The translations under genes and the position numbers were made by a program. Positions 1 through 8,490 of a DNA stretch of 32,000 bases are shown here, piece by piece. Position 1 is the first letter of the stretch; every line of letters starts with the position of its first letter. The stretch comes from Microcystis aeruginosa NIES-843 (GTDB lineage: Bacteria; Cyanobacteriota; Cyanobacteriia; Cyanobacteriales; Microcystaceae): contig NC_010296.1 in the NCBI RefSeq assembly GCF_000010625.1, positions 210,001 to 242,000 on the forward strand, written 5' to 3'. The notes under the pieces are model-generated. The model was not told the origin of the DNA. It ran no database searches and saw only the letters and a list, made by a program, of their open reading frames with translations.

Positions 1-465
1 GGAAAAACCGAACTTTTAGAATTACAATATATTCCCAATGTGCCTTGGGTAGAAGATGATGTCAATGGGGTACAAAGGGCTTTTTTAGATAAGATTGAAA
101 CCCGTCGTTTGGCAGAGAAACAACTAGGGACATCGGTAGTCGGTCCGCACCGGGATGAAGTGGATTTTTTAATTAACCAAAACCCCGCTAAATCCTACGG
201 TTCCCAAGGACAACAAAGAACTTTAGTTTTAGCCTTGAAATTAGCGGAATTACAGTTATTAGAGCAGATTATCGGGGAACCTCCCCTACTACTCCTCGAT
301 GATGTTTTAGCGGAATTAGATATCGAACGACAAAATCAATTATTAGATGCGATCGAAGACCGTTTTCAAACTTTAATTACCACCACTCATCTCAGTTCTT
401 TTGAGTCCCGTTGGTTGCAATCTTCCCAAGTATTTTCTGTCAAAAAGGGACATATTTTTTATTAG
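1..465 (+). CDS. recF: DNA replication/repair protein RecF, C-terminal part (5' end lies outside the window)
   Basis: Frame 1 is open from base 1. The translation carries the RecF/SMC-type signature SYGSQGQQRTLVLALKLAE and the Walker B-like LLLLDDVLAELD. Stop at 463-465. Confidence 0.85.
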   Translation, partial: GKTELLELQYIPNVPWVEDDVNGVQRAFLDKIETRRLAEKQLGTSVVGPHRDEVDFLINQNPAKSYGSQGQQRTLVLALKLAELQLLEQIIGEPPLLLLDDVLAELDIERQNQLLDAIEDRFQTLITTTHLSSFESRWLQSSQVFSVKKGHIFY

Positions 466-811
466 CCTATAGCCACCAGCCTTCAGCCATATTCAGTTAT
501 CAGTTATCAGGTTTTTCTCCCTATCTTTCCACTCTCTAGTCACCTCAGCAGTTTAACCCTAAACTAAAGCTACTCATTCAGTAAATAGCTGCGATATCTC
601 GGTAGTTTGCTCTAGAAAATTTCTCATATCTTCTGGTTTAATTGTTTGGTTTAATTTATAAATTACTAACCATTCACCACCAGCTTGCAAATACCAACCA
701 TGGTTCTGTCCAAAAAATTGTCAGGTGTCAAAATTAAAGATTTCTCGGATAGTAGATTCTTACCATAATACGATCTCAAGCTTATGAACCTTTATTTACA
801 GACCATTGCTG

Positions 812-1261
812 TCAATCGCGGTCATCCTGATTGCTGGCTAAATTGTTGCTGTTAGAAAGTCCGTATAGCTCCTTAACCGATTGGCGGGAAAGGACGATAA
901 TTGTGAAGACTCCGAGAATTGTACCCAACGGGGTGAACAAGCAGAGGATGCAAGCTATCACAAAAGAAAACCAGTATTTCTTGTGACGGCTGAGAAATCG
1001 ACCCGAAAAAATCGCAGAAATCGCTAAAGCTTCTCCTAGCAGTACTGTTGTTGCACCTAGAGCGGCGAATAGATATCCAAATGCTTTGGGGGGTAACTCT
1101 CCCGACGGCTCCATCGGGAATGATTCAGGGGAGGTAATCATGCTTATTCCTATAAAAAAATGACCCAAGAAAATAAGAGAGAAAAAAGCAATTACTCCTC
1201 CCACAATGTAATGAAATATTGACAATAATCTTAGGTGTTTTCGGTCGTTATTTGTGTTCAT
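812..1261 (-). CDS. hypothetical integral membrane protein (about 4 hydrophobic helices)
   Basis: 149-aa ORF with several long hydrophobic stretches (IVGGVIAFFSLIFLGHFFIGI, GYLFAALGATTVLLGEALAISAIF, WFSFVIACILCLFTPLGTILGVFTIIVL). No family recognised. Confidence 0.45.
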   Translation of the reverse strand: MNTNNDRKHLRLLSIFHYIVGGVIAFFSLIFLGHFFIGISMITSPESFPMEPSGELPPKAFGYLFAALGATTVLLGEALAISAIFSGRFLSRHKKYWFSFVIACILCLFTPLGTILGVFTIIVLSRQSVKELYGLSNSNNLASNQDDRD

Positions 1262-1301
1262 ATAGGTAACTCATAATAGAAATCTACATAATATTATATC
1301 G

Positions 1302-1423
1302 GGGAGCATCTCATTTATCCAAGTGAGTAATTATACTTATCCCTAAAACTGTTTTCTAGCAAGGCTTTCAAAATAGCTTGACATAAAAACCTGATTTAAG
1401 GGTTACAAAGGTGAGATGCTCCC
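1302..1423. repeat. 12-bp perfect inverted repeat (GGGAGCATCTCA / TGAGATGCTCCC) with a 98-nt spacer; MITE-like or structured element
   Basis: Arms read directly at 1302-1313 and 1412-1423, each flanked by ATAT-rich sequence, inside a 630-bp ORF-free gap. Confidence 0.4.
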
Positions 1424-1843
1424 ATTATATCTTATATCATTATATCGAAGCTGAAAACTTTTCTAGTCAAGGGATTTACTCGAATAGAAATGATTCTAAT
1501 TCTCCCATAGTTTTTCGATGAAATTGAATTAGTAACGAAAGACATACAGTTCAGCTATCGAACTATTTTTATTAGTATAGATGAGAAAAGCAGACCGTGA
1601 TTGGGTTGTCGCTTTTGGGGATATCTCGTGTAATCATCTCGACATCACCTCCCTTGCCTAGCTTCAGGTAATTCCGATTCTGAGGGTTAACTCTCGAAGG
1701 TATTGACTTCTGGCAATAGCTAGAGATTTGTTATTAGCTAAAAGCAAATATTATTTGAGCCAAAATTGCTCGATTCCCCCTAACGATGGGTCTGGTAAAA
1801 CGTCCTTGACTTTTTTCTTTGTCTGTATATACCCATAATAACA

Positions 1844-1864
1844 AAACAGGCCGCAGGCCTGTTT
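1844..1864 (-). terminator. stem-loop directly downstream of rpiA (AAACAGGCC-GCA-GGCCTGTTT)
   Basis: 9-bp perfect stem with a 3-nt loop, 27 nt past the rpiA stop. On the minus strand it is followed by GTTTTGTTATTAT. Confidence 0.5.
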
Positions 1865-1890
1865 CACTGTTAGATTAAGAATAATTAATC

Positions 1891-2610
1891 CTACCTAATC
1901 TCGCGCACTACCGGCTTACCGTCAATAATTTCACCGACGAGAATCAGATCAGCAACCCCGACAAATAAACCATTTTCTAAAACCCCCGGCATATTATTAA
2001 TAGTTCTTTCCAAATCAGCTGGATCATCGATACTATCAAATTTAACATCGATAACTAAATTGCCTTGATCTGTCACCACGGGGCCAGCTTTTTTCACTCC
2101 CATGCGGAGAGAAGGTTTACCACCGAGTGCCTCCAATTTTCGCATCACCGGAGTCATGGCCATGGGTAACACTTCCACCGGCAAAAGAAAAGTCGATCCC
2201 AACTTGTCCACCAGCTTATTGCCATCCACTACCACGACAAAAATATCGGCGAGACTATCGACAATTTTCTCCTGAGTATGGGCAGCACCGCCGCCTTTAA
2301 TCAGGTTTTTCTGGGGATCCACCTCATCGGCCCCATCGATAGCGATATCCATCTTTGCGATGACATCGAGGGTAGTGAGGGGAATTCCGTACTTCCTAGC
2401 CAAAACTTGCGCTTGAAAAGAAGTAGGAACCCCGACAATATTGCTGATTTCCCCGCTTTGCAGTCTAGCGCCCAGATACTCGATCGCGTAGGCCGTCGTT
2501 GAACCAGTTCCCAATCCCACGACCGAATTAGATTGAACTAGATTAGCGGCGGCCTTACCGACCTCCTGTTTCATGATAATGACCGGATCGATTGCTGTCA
2601 TGATGCACAT
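1891..2610 (-). CDS. rpiA: ribose-5-phosphate isomerase A
   Basis: Motifs [23 protein letters not shown] and [11 protein letters not shown]. The second ATG at 2601 has better spacing to an AGGA and may be the true start. Confidence 0.9.
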   Translation of the reverse strand: MCIMTAIDPVIIMKQEVGKAAANLVQSNSVVGLGTGSTTAYAIEYLGARLQSGEISNIVGVPTSFQAQVLARKYGIPLTTLDVIAKMDIAIDGADEVDPQKNLIKGGGAAHTQEKIVDSLADIFVVVVDGNKLVDKLGSTFLLPVEVLPMAMTPVMRKLEALGGKPSLRMGVKKAGPVVTDQGNLVIDVKFDSIDDPADLERTINNMPGVLENGLFVGVADLILVGEIIDGKPVVREIR

Positions 2611-2673
2611 TCCTAAAAGCGATGTTTTGAACCTCTTAGTTATCGGCTATCCCTTGCCCTCTTGTCAATGGAA

Positions 2674-3201
2674 TTAGGGATTAGTGGCCTGAGCTGCTAA
2701 CATTTCCTTGAGTTTAGCCAATTCATTAGCCCAACGGGGATCTGGCTGTAAAGCGTCACCATCGCTGGTAACTTTCGGGGCATTATTGCCACCCCGTTCA
2801 GCCTTGCGTTTTTTGCCGCCGCCGCCACCACCACTGGATTTGCGCGGTGCTGCCGTCGTCGGTTTCGGAGTCGGTCTTTCGACTTTTTCCGGGGTTTCTA
2901 CGCTGGCCTCCGGCCCTTCTGCTTCTTCTCCTTCTTCTTTACCTCCCTTGCTGCGGGGGAGAGCTTTCTCGATTTTGATCGGGTTTTCCATGAAGGATTG
3001 GCCGTTGTATTTTTCGATAAACTGGTCGGCTAGTTCATCACTAGGGACGGTAACGAAGGCAAAACCGCGACATTTGCCAGTTTTGCGATCTTTGATGACT
3101 TTAGTGGTGATCGTATCCCCTTCATCGGCAAAAAGCGCCTGTAATTTTTCGCGCTCGACGGATTCTTTGGGCAAATTACCAACGTATAGACGAACGGACA
3201 T
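2674..3201 (-). CDS. RRM-type RNA-binding protein with a Gly/Lys-rich C-terminal tail
   Basis: RNP motifs LYVGNL and KCRGFAFVTV. The ATG at 3201 is preceded by GGAGGA; the longer track ORF begins at an upstream TTG. Confidence 0.85.
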   Translation of the reverse strand: MSVRLYVGNLPKESVEREKLQALFADEGDTITTKVIKDRKTGKCRGFAFVTVPSDELADQFIEKYNGQSFMENPIKIEKALPRSKGGKEEGEEAEGPEASVETPEKVERPTPKPTTAAPRKSSGGGGGGKKRKAERGGNNAPKVTSDGDALQPDPRWANELAKLKEMLAAQATNP

Positions 3202-3674
3202 GATGGATTCCTCCAAGTATAGGGTGATGTAAAAACTTGTGCGACATTCCGTGCCTGTATCCTGATTTTTTTAAGGCAAACAGAGCTAAGGAGGATGTTT
3301 CCCAGCGATAAGCTTGTAGTTTCTGCACGATAGCGGCTGTGGCCGTCAATTTCGACTATCCTTAACGATTTCAACGAGAGTAACGGAATCTAGGAGTTAC
3401 GCTTTTTAGCTTTTAACAGGGCTAATCATTCAACTTACCCGATTTATGTCGCTCTCTTCGATTATTACAGAATGTTTACACAATTTGTCAAATATTTTCT
3501 CTCGCTCCGGGCTGCCATGGAAAAAAATAAGTATAACTACTTAAGTATTTGTTCACAGTAAGCAAAATTTTATTAAAACTCTTGCTAAATGTATCATTAT
3601 ATGCTTCTTTCCTTTTGGCGGCGGGGTATCCTAGCTAACGGGAGGGAAAAAGCAAAACCCTCTTTACAGATACA

Positions 3675-3703
3675 TTGACACTTTGTCAAGTATTTGTTAC
3701 ATT
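3675..3703 (+). promoter_or_regulatory. candidate sigma70-type promoter for nblA (TTGACA-17 nt-TACATT)
   Basis: -35 at 3675-3680 and -10 at 3698-3703, about 70 nt upstream of the nblA ATG. The -35 is part of the palindrome TTGACA-CTT-TGTCAA (3675-3689). Confidence 0.3.
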
Positions 3704-3774
3704 AGTTAAAAAAGGTGATACCCATCACCCATCTCGCTTGTTATCAACCACTGTCTTCATCGAGGAGGAACACC

Positions 3775-3975
3775 ATGTCTCAACCGATCGAACTTTCCTT
3801 AGAACAACAGTTCAACATTCGTTCTTTTCAGACTCAGGTAGAAAAAATGAGTCAGGAGCAAGCGCAGGATTTCCTGATCAAGCTCTACGAACAAATGATG
3901 GTCAGAGAAAATATGTACAAAGCTTTTCTCAAACACCAGTGGGGTCTAGATTCTAATCCCTGGGCTCCCCAATAA
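3775..3975 (+). CDS. nblA: phycobilisome degradation protein NblA
   Basis: 66-aa product MSQPIELSLEQQFNIRSFQTQV...LYEQMMVRENMYKAFLKHQWGLD closely resembles NblA from other cyanobacteria as I recall them. GAGGAGGA lies 6 nt upstream of the ATG at 3775. Confidence 0.85.
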   Translation: MSQPIELSLEQQFNIRSFQTQVEKMSQEQAQDFLIKLYEQMMVRENMYKAFLKHQWGLDSNPWAPQ

Positions 3976-4108
3976 CTCATTTCACCCCTGTGGGCGACCT
4001 CTTTCTCCGGCTGGGTTTCTCCGGAAACGAGCTAGGGATGCGGGGCGCATTTCTTCACCTTTTTAGCTATTCTTAGGGAAGGATAACCGAATTGCTAGGG
4101 GTTAATTT

Positions 4109-4990
4109 ATGTTCGAGCGCGCTTTGATCTGTACAGATCTTTTCGATGGTCTCCATCGTCTTGTCCATTGTGTGCCACACTTAGCCCTGAGCGGCTTAAA
4201 ACAAGTTATCTTCCTCCACAGTATTCCGGTTTGGGAACAACCCACCCTAGCTGCCGTAAATCAAGCGAAAATTGACGCGGCCAAAGAAAAATTATCCCCA
4301 GCTTTAGCAAATATTCCCGACGGTATGACAGTTAGTCTGGAAATCTCTAACCGTCGTCCCGTGGATGCCGTACGGGAAATCCTCGCGCATCACTCTATTG
4401 ACGTGATTTTGATGGGCAATCCCATGCGCGGTGCTGTCCAAGAAAAATTGTTCGGTAGTACCAGTTTAGCGATCGCAGGTATTACCGATATTCCGCTGCT
4501 GATTTTCCGACCGCAATTATTATCAGTTTATACTCGCGATGAATTAGCCCTGCGCTGTCAGCATCTCTGGAAACATTTATTAATTCCCTACGATGGCAGT
4601 CCCGATGCGATTTATCTAATTGAACAGATGGAAAAATACGCTCAAACCCGCGCCCCTGGGTCTTTTGAGCAATGCCTCCTCGTCCGGGTAGTGGAAAATA
4701 TCAGTCGCGATCCCGGTGTCACCGAATCTCGTTTAAATGATGCCCGTCGGGAATTAGAATCGGTGCAAGTGCGACTAGAAAAACTCGGTTTGCAAGTACA
4801 GAGCGAAGTGCGACAAGGAACACCTGTATTAGAAGTTTTGACGGCAGCAGAAGAAGATGATATCAGTGCGATCGCTGTGGCCACCTGCCATCGTTCCAAT
4901 ATGTTGGAATGGTTAGCCGTGCGTCGGATTAATGAAGATATTCTTCATCAACTGTGGTTCCCCTTATTATTTTTCTCCCCCAAGGGATAA
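4109..4990 (+). CDS. universal stress protein family protein (tandem Usp domains)
   Basis: Length fits two Usp domains. The first carries the ATP-binding pattern G-x2-G-x9-G-S/T (RGAVQEKLFGSTS). Confidence 0.6.
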   Translation: MFERALICTDLFDGLHRLVHCVPHLALSGLKQVIFLHSIPVWEQPTLAAVNQAKIDAAKEKLSPALANIPDGMTVSLEISNRRPVDAVREILAHHSIDVILMGNPMRGAVQEKLFGSTSLAIAGITDIPLLIFRPQLLSVYTRDELALRCQHLWKHLLIPYDGSPDAIYLIEQMEKYAQTRAPGSFEQCLLVRVVENISRDPGVTESRLNDARRELESVQVRLEKLGLQVQSEVRQGTPVLEVLTAAEEDDISAIAVATCHRSNMLEWLAVRRINEDILHQLWFPLLFFSPKG

Positions 4991-5001
4991 GCTAGAAAAA
5001 A

Positions 5002-5106
5002 GGCTCTCTTGGTTTAGCTGGGTTGGATAAACCACAGAGACACAAAGAACACAGAGAGGAAGACAGATTCGATCAGTAAATCTATCACACAAACCACAAG
5101 AGAGCC
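5002..5106. repeat. 105-bp element with terminal inverted repeats GGCTCTCTTGGTTT / AAACCACAAGAGAGCC
   Basis: Arms at 5002-5015 and 5091-5106 (one 2-nt indel), followed by a T7 run at about 5112-5118. Lies just after the usp stop. Confidence 0.4.
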
Positions 5107-5130
5107 GAAGATTTTTTTGGGAAAATTAAC

Positions 5131-5236
5131 TTAAGTAAGTAGTTATAATTAAATTAAAAATAGATTTTGCCTCTGATCCCCCCTGCCCCCCTTAATAAGG
5201 GGGGTGTCTGACAACTTTTAACAACTACCTACTTAA
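5131..5236. mobile_element. MITE-like element, copy A (TIRs TTAAGTAAGTAGTT / AACTACCTACTTAA, internal C6-TTAATAA-G6 palindrome)
   Basis: 13/14 matching terminal inverted repeats. Shares the blocks TTATAATTAAATTAAAAATAGATTTT, GATCCCCCCTGCCCCCC and TCTGAyAAyTTTTAAC with the copy at 27782-27936 and partly with 15089-15166/16754-16800. Confidence 0.65.
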
Positions 5237-5623
5237 CTGCTCGATTAATCCAATAACTTTAGCCTTAATTTCATCGCGAACTCGGCGAAAAGTTTCGATG
5301 GGTTGACCATCGGGATCATCAATTAACCAATCCTCGAAAATTTCCTGTAAAACCCATCCTTCCGGCAGATTGACACCGCAACCACATAGGGAGATAACGG
5401 CATCGTAATCTTCAGGATTAAAATCCCTAATTGATTTGGAAGTTTGGTCAGTAATATCGATGCCAATTTCCTGCATAACTTCGATTGCCCCGGGATGAAC
5501 TTTGGCCGCTTCTAATCCAGAACTGGTGACAGCAATTTTACCCGCACCTAAAGTTTTAGCGAAACCTTCGGCGATTTGGGAACGACAGGAATTTTTTCTA
5601 CAGGCAAACATGACTTTTTTCAT
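5225..5623 (-). CDS. arsC: arsenate reductase, LMW-PTPase-type ArsC
   Basis: N-terminal CX5R P-loop (FACRKNSCRSQIAEG) and size as in Synechocystis-type ArsC. Last gene of an ars operon. Confidence 0.85.
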   Translation of the reverse strand: MKKVMFACRKNSCRSQIAEGFAKTLGAGKIAVTSSGLEAAKVHPGAIEVMQEIGIDITDQTSKSIRDFNPEDYDAVISLCGCGVNLPEGWVLQEIFEDWLIDDPDGQPIETFRRVRDEIKAKVIGLIEQLSR

Positions 5624-5646
5624 GATTTTAACTCCTAGAAATTGAT

Positions 5647-6294
5647 TTAATTAATAGCTTTATGGGCAATTGTGGCTATTTCTTGGGCGGCTTTTTCCTT
5701 CCTTTCACTATAGCGATCGGTCAGATAATCTACCTGATCCCGCAGGAGAATGGTAAACTTATAAAGTTCCTCCATCACATCAATAACCCGATCTCGATAG
5801 GGGGAATCTTTCATCGTGCCATCCTCGTGAAACTCCTGATAAGCTTTAGCCACAGAAGATTGATTAGGAATAGTAAACATTCGCATCCAACGACCAAGAA
5901 TTCGCAGAGTATTAACCGCGTTAAAAGATTGGGAACCTCCGCTTACTTGCATGACTGCTAAAGTGCGGCCTTGAGTGGGACGAATCGCACCAATACTTAA
6001 GGGAATCCAATCAATTTGGTTTTTGATAATGCCGCTAATATTGCCGTGAAGTTCGGGAGATGACCAGACTTGACCCTCAGACCATTGACTTAATTCTCGT
6101 AATTCCTGTACTTTGGCATGAGTATCGGGAACACTGCCATAAATCGGCAATTCACGGGGATCAAAAAAGCGCACTTCTGCCCCATATTCAGTGATAATTC
6201 TGGCCGCTTCTTCTGCTAGTAAACGACTGTAGGAACGTTCCCGCAAAGAGCCATACAGAAAAAGAATCCTTGGTTTGTGAGTCGATTGGAGCAT
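5647..6294 (-). CDS. arsH: arsenical resistance protein ArsH (NADPH-dependent FMN reductase family)
   Basis: [22 protein letters not shown] motif, about 215 aa, located between acr3 and arsC. Confidence 0.9.
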   Translation of the reverse strand: MLQSTHKPRILFLYGSLRERSYSRLLAEEAARIITEYGAEVRFFDPRELPIYGSVPDTHAKVQELRELSQWSEGQVWSSPELHGNISGIIKNQIDWIPLSIGAIRPTQGRTLAVMQVSGGSQSFNAVNTLRILGRWMRMFTIPNQSSVAKAYQEFHEDGTMKDSPYRDRVIDVMEELYKFTILLRDQVDYLTDRYSERKEKAAQEIATIAHKAIN

Positions 6295-6303
6295 GGTGAA
6301 TAA

Positions 6304-7449
6304 TTATTTGTAAGAACTCAAGCAACGAGGATCGAGAAGGGTGGCTTTTTCTGGATCTCTGGGAAACCAAAAGGCGGTTTTTTTACAGAATTCTACCAAC
6401 ATTAACATCACAGGTACTTCAATCAATACCCCCACTACTGTCGCTAAAGCGGCCCCCGAATTCAATCCGAATAACATCACCGCAGTGGCGATTGCGACCT
6501 CAAAATGATTACTAGCACCAATTAAAGCAGCGGGAGCCGCATCTTCGTAAACTAAATTGAGTTTGAGAGCGGCCACATAACTAAGTAAAAAAATCAGATT
6601 AGTTTGAATAAACAGGGGAATAGCAATCAGGAAAATATGCAGGGGATTACTAACAATTAAATCGCCTTTGAAAGCAAAGAGGAGGATTAAGGTTAACAAT
6701 AAGGCAGTGATTGCCACAGGACTGAGATAGTGAAGAAAACGCGATTCAAACCAGGCGCGTCCTTTATGTTTAAAAATCCAGTGACGGCTATAGATACCAG
6801 CAATAAGCGGTAAACCAACGTAGATTAACACAGAAAAAACAATGGTCTGCCAAGGGACTACAAAATTATTAGCTGCCAGTAACCATTTACCTAGAGGAGC
6901 GTAGAGAAAAAGCATCGCTAGGGAATTGACTGCTACCATAATTAGGGTATGACCCTGGTTACTGTAGGAAAGATAGCCCCACATCAAGACCATGGCCGTA
7001 CAGGGAGCAATTCCTAGTAAAATAGCTCCAGCAGTGTAGGAACTAGCTAAACTTACCGTCTGTCCTCGGATAATCTCCGTTTGACTCAACCAAGGCAGAA
7101 ACAGCCAGCCGAGAAAAAATTGAGCCAGCGCCACCATGGTAAAGGGTTTGATCAGCCAATTAACCACTAAAGTTAAAATAACTGGTTTGGGAGTACGGGC
7201 AGCCCGAAGAGCTTGAGAAAAGTCGATCTTAACCATGATCGGATACATCATGAAGAAAAGACAGATGGCGATCGGAATAGAAACGTTATAGATACTCATG
7301 GCATCTAAAGTCTGCGCTACGTCCGGAAATGACCGACCGAGGGCAATTCCCGCCAAAATACAGAAAATAACCCAAAGGGTAAGGTATTTTTCAAAAATAC
7401 TAAGGCTACCGCCAGCTTTGGCGGCTTTAGGATTGATTTGATTAGTCAT
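6304..7449 (-). CDS. acr3: arsenite efflux permease, ACR3 family
   Basis: Polytopic membrane protein with an ACR3-like N-terminus ([20 protein letters not shown]). ATG at 7449 preferred over the upstream TTG at 7488 used by the track. Confidence 0.9.
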   Translation of the reverse strand: MTNQINPKAAKAGGSLSIFEKYLTLWVIFCILAGIALGRSFPDVAQTLDAMSIYNVSIPIAICLFFMMYPIMVKIDFSQALRAARTPKPVILTLVVNWLIKPFTMVALAQFFLGWLFLPWLSQTEIIRGQTVSLASSYTAGAILLGIAPCTAMVLMWGYLSYSNQGHTLIMVAVNSLAMLFLYAPLGKWLLAANNFVVPWQTIVFSVLIYVGLPLIAGIYSRHWIFKHKGRAWFESRFLHYLSPVAITALLLTLILLFAFKGDLIVSNPLHIFLIAIPLFIQTNLIFLLSYVAALKLNLVYEDAAPAALIGASNHFEVAIATAVMLFGLNSGAALATVVGVLIEVPVMLMLVEFCKKTAFWFPRDPEKATLLDPRCLSSYK

Positions 7450-7496
7450 CGCACAAAGGTGGAAAGGGAATAATGGGAGATTGGGCAACCCACCTT

Positions 7497-7525
7497 TATT
7501 ATTTCAAAAAAAGTTGATATGTCAA
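7497..7525 (-). promoter_or_regulatory. candidate acr3 promoter (minus strand TTGACA-17 nt-ATAATA) overlapping an imperfect palindrome TTGATATGTCAA
   Basis: -35 is the reverse complement of 7520-7525 and -10 of 7497-7502. The palindrome at 7514-7525 is a possible ArsR operator. Confidence 0.3.
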
Positions 7526-7574
7526 GGGTAAAAGCTAGTCATAAAGCTTTAATATTTCTAAAAATCTTGATCGG

Positions 7575-7913
7575 TTACTGATTTTCCTCGCAGAAACGAG
7601 CGGGGACGAGGGCGGCAAAACGACGATATTCGGATAGATATTCTTCTAGGAGAAGAAATTGAGATAGATTCAGGCTGTAGTAGATCCAACGACCCTCTTG
7701 ACGACTGCGGACTAAATTAGCTTCTTTTAGCGTTTTTAGGTGAAAAGATAATTTAGATTGGGCGATATCGAGATGGTCGCGCAATTCACAGACGCATAAT
7801 TCCTGATGTCGCAACAGTTGCAAAATTTGCAGCCGTAGGGGATCCGAGAGTGCCTGAAAACCAGTGTAAATTTGGGTTAACGAGTCGGGAGATGTGGTCA
7901 GAGAGTTGAACAT
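7575..7913 (-). CDS. arsR: ArsR/SmtB family metalloregulator
   Basis: Winged-helix region LSDPLRLQILQLLRHQELCVCELRD with the ELCVC As(III)-binding cysteine pair. Directly upstream of acr3-arsH-arsC. Confidence 0.85.
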   Translation of the reverse strand: MFNSLTTSPDSLTQIYTGFQALSDPLRLQILQLLRHQELCVCELRDHLDIAQSKLSFHLKTLKEANLVRSRQEGRWIYYSLNLSQFLLLEEYLSEYRRFAALVPARFCEENQ

Positions 7914-8088
7914 TGAGATGGTCCCTCGGTGGGAAGGAAAGAGGAAAGCGGGAAAATTCAGAATTGCAACAAAACTTTATGTATTTTTGTATCGAATCAG
8001 GAAAACCAGCGAATCATCCCCTGTATGATAGACAATGGTTTTGACCAGATTAGCCCTTAAAATCATTGTAAACAGGTTAGGAGACATC

Positions 8089-8208
8089 ATGGAATTATTT
8101 GCGGCTCTCAATTTAGAACCCATTTTTCAACTCACCTTCGTGGCGCTAATCATGTTAGCTGGCCCCTTTGTCATTTTCCTACTAGCTTTTCGTGGTGGCG
8201 ACCTATAA
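8089..8208 (+). CDS. psb30: photosystem II reaction centre protein Psb30/Ycf12 (39 aa; absent from the ORF track)
   Basis: Hand translation gives [39 protein letters not shown]: one TM helix and the conserved C-terminal motif (AGP..I.LLA.R.G.L). AGGAGA upstream; a terminator follows. Confidence 0.8.
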   Translation: MELFAALNLEPIFQLTFVALIMLAGPFVIFLLAFRGGDL

Positions 8209-8248
8209 AAACCGCCTCCCCCCCATTGTTATTCGTGCTTTTTTGACT

Positions 8249-8276
8249 TCTCTCCTCTTTAGGGAGAGATTTTTTG
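8249..8276 (+). terminator. rho-independent terminator after psb30
   Basis: TCTCTCC (8249-8255) pairs with GGAGAGA (8263-8269) across a 7-nt loop, followed by T6. Confidence 0.6.
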
Positions 8277-8282
8277 TCTAAA

Positions 8283-8405
8283 AGTCAGGAGTCAGGAGAT
8301 AGGAGTCAGGAGATTGCTTTTATTTATTCTCCCCACTTCCCCACTTCCCCACTTCCCCACTTCCCAATTCATAATTTATAATTCATAATTCATAATTCAC
8401 AATTC
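8283..8405. repeat. three abutting short tandem repeat arrays: (AGTCAGG)~4, (CCCCACTT)4.4, (AATTCAT)~5.7
   Basis: Read directly: 8283-8312, 8331-8365, 8366-8405. Confidence 0.85.
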
Positions 8406-8490
8406 CCACTCCCCCTCTCCTAACAATCGACTGCTAAGATCGAACAGAGCGATCGATCTCTCGCTCCCACGATACCTGATAAAACTATCT

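Noticed and set aside
2708-3232. 174-aa plus-strand ORF antisense to the RRM protein gene
   Set aside because: It is a low-complexity P/S/L-rich mirror of the Gly/Lys-rich coding strand. The opposite strand has clear RNP motifs and an SD.
3030-3374. 114-aa minus-strand ORF overlapping the 5' end of the RRM gene in another frame
   Set aside because: It overlaps a well-supported CDS, has no recognisable motifs, and extends into the leader region.
3675-3956. 93-aa ORF overlapping nblA in a different frame
   Set aside because: The nblA frame has strong family resemblance and an SD-ATG. This frame has neither.
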